DNA of 35,820 nt from contig JAXSMZ010000016.1 of the NCBI GenBank assembly GCA_037924335.1, positions 1-35,820 of the forward strand, written 5' to 3'. The DNA comes from Aquificaceae bacterium (GTDB lineage: Bacteria > Aquificota > Aquificia > Aquificales > Aquificaceae). Positions within the stretch are counted from its first letter, which is position 1. The number at the start of each line of letters is the position of its first letter. A model generated the notes under the pieces. The model did no database searches and was not told the origin of the DNA. It was given only the letters and a program-made list of their open reading frames with translations. This document shows positions 35,653 to 35,820 of this stretch, piece after piece. The translations under genes were made by a program, and so were the position numbers.

Positions 35653-35712
35653 CGCAGCAGTAGGCTTCGCCCCCAAGAGAAACGTTCTCTTGAGGATTCA
35701 CCTACTACCACA
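35653..35712 (-). other. Long imperfect stem-loop, candidate structured RNA element
   Basis: Minus strand TGTG-GTAGTAGGT-GAA-TCCTCAAGAGAA-CGT-TTCTCTTGGGGG-C-GAA-GCCTACTGC-TGCG; helix mismatches are G-U on this strand. Confidence 0.5.
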
Positions 35713-35761
35713 AGTTTTTTGTTTGTCAAGAGGTTGTGTAAGTCCACATGATATTAGACTG

Positions 35762-35788
35762 AAAGTTACACTTGTCAAGTGTAACTTT
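35762..35788. repeat. Perfect 13-1-13 inverted repeat (terminator or operator)
   Basis: AAAGTTACACTTG-T-CAAGTGTAACTTT. Confidence 0.85.
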
Positions 35789-35820
35789 AGAATCCTCCAG
35801 AAGAACTCATATCACCTTTG

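Noticed and set aside
35400..35663. 87-aa plus-strand ORF
   Set aside because: TTG start, atypical composition, no recognisable family.
35657..35708. c-di-GMP-I or c-di-AMP riboswitch, or tmRNA 5' end
   Set aside because: Only fragmentary resemblance (GGUGAAUCC, GCGAAGCC, GGGGGCG); no GNRA loop/receptor, second stem or tRNA-like 3' end.
35309..35712. Possible RNase P RNA (hairpin followed by GAAAGUCC; GGCUU ~330 nt downstream)
   Set aside because: Lacks GAGGAAAGUCC context, full P4 complement and the ACAGAA motif; Aquificaceae are known to use protein-only RNase P.
1..35820. CRISPR array, rRNA, prophage genes
   Set aside because: No regularly spaced repeats, rRNA signatures or phage-like proteins seen.

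Overview
Gene-dense bacterial chromosomal segment. Protein styles (stand-alone glutamate synthase large chain, long RecG, TatD-radical SAM fusion, CCA-less tRNA) suggest a thermophilic Aquificaceae host such as Hydrogenobacter or Thermocrinis; this is inference. From left to right: a frameshifted non-autonomous IS200/IS605 tnpB element with intact left end; a DUF2325-like gene; Nudix hydrolase; orphan gspG; two GT4 glycosyltransferases; a Cys-rich lipoprotein plus a four-repeat Ig-like surface protein with a GGGGC-TM-basic sorting tail; MFS transporter; glutamate synthase; flavin oxidoreductase; nadD; tRNA-Gly(CCC); recG. Next is the main candidate for an undescribed system, an AT-rich, translationally coupled 8-gene operon (17054-25102) behind a perfect TTGACA-17-TATAAT promoter. 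It encodes WecB, a YaiO-like beta-barrel, a polytopic membrane protein, a processive GT2, a membrane-anchored beta-rich protein, a polysaccharide deacetylase-like protein, an (alpha/alpha) glycosidase-like protein and APS kinase, and resembles a synthase-dependent exopolysaccharide machine for a ManNAc-containing, possibly sulfated polymer. The rest is a V4R-like gene, the TatD-rSAM fusion, a TolC/MFP/RND pump, murF, a lytic transglycosylase, ispH, and an unexplained ~500-nt region with a G-U-rich RNA-like hairpin and a perfect 27-bp palindrome. No CRISPR array or rRNA was seen. All calls come from motif recognition by eye; no searches were run.
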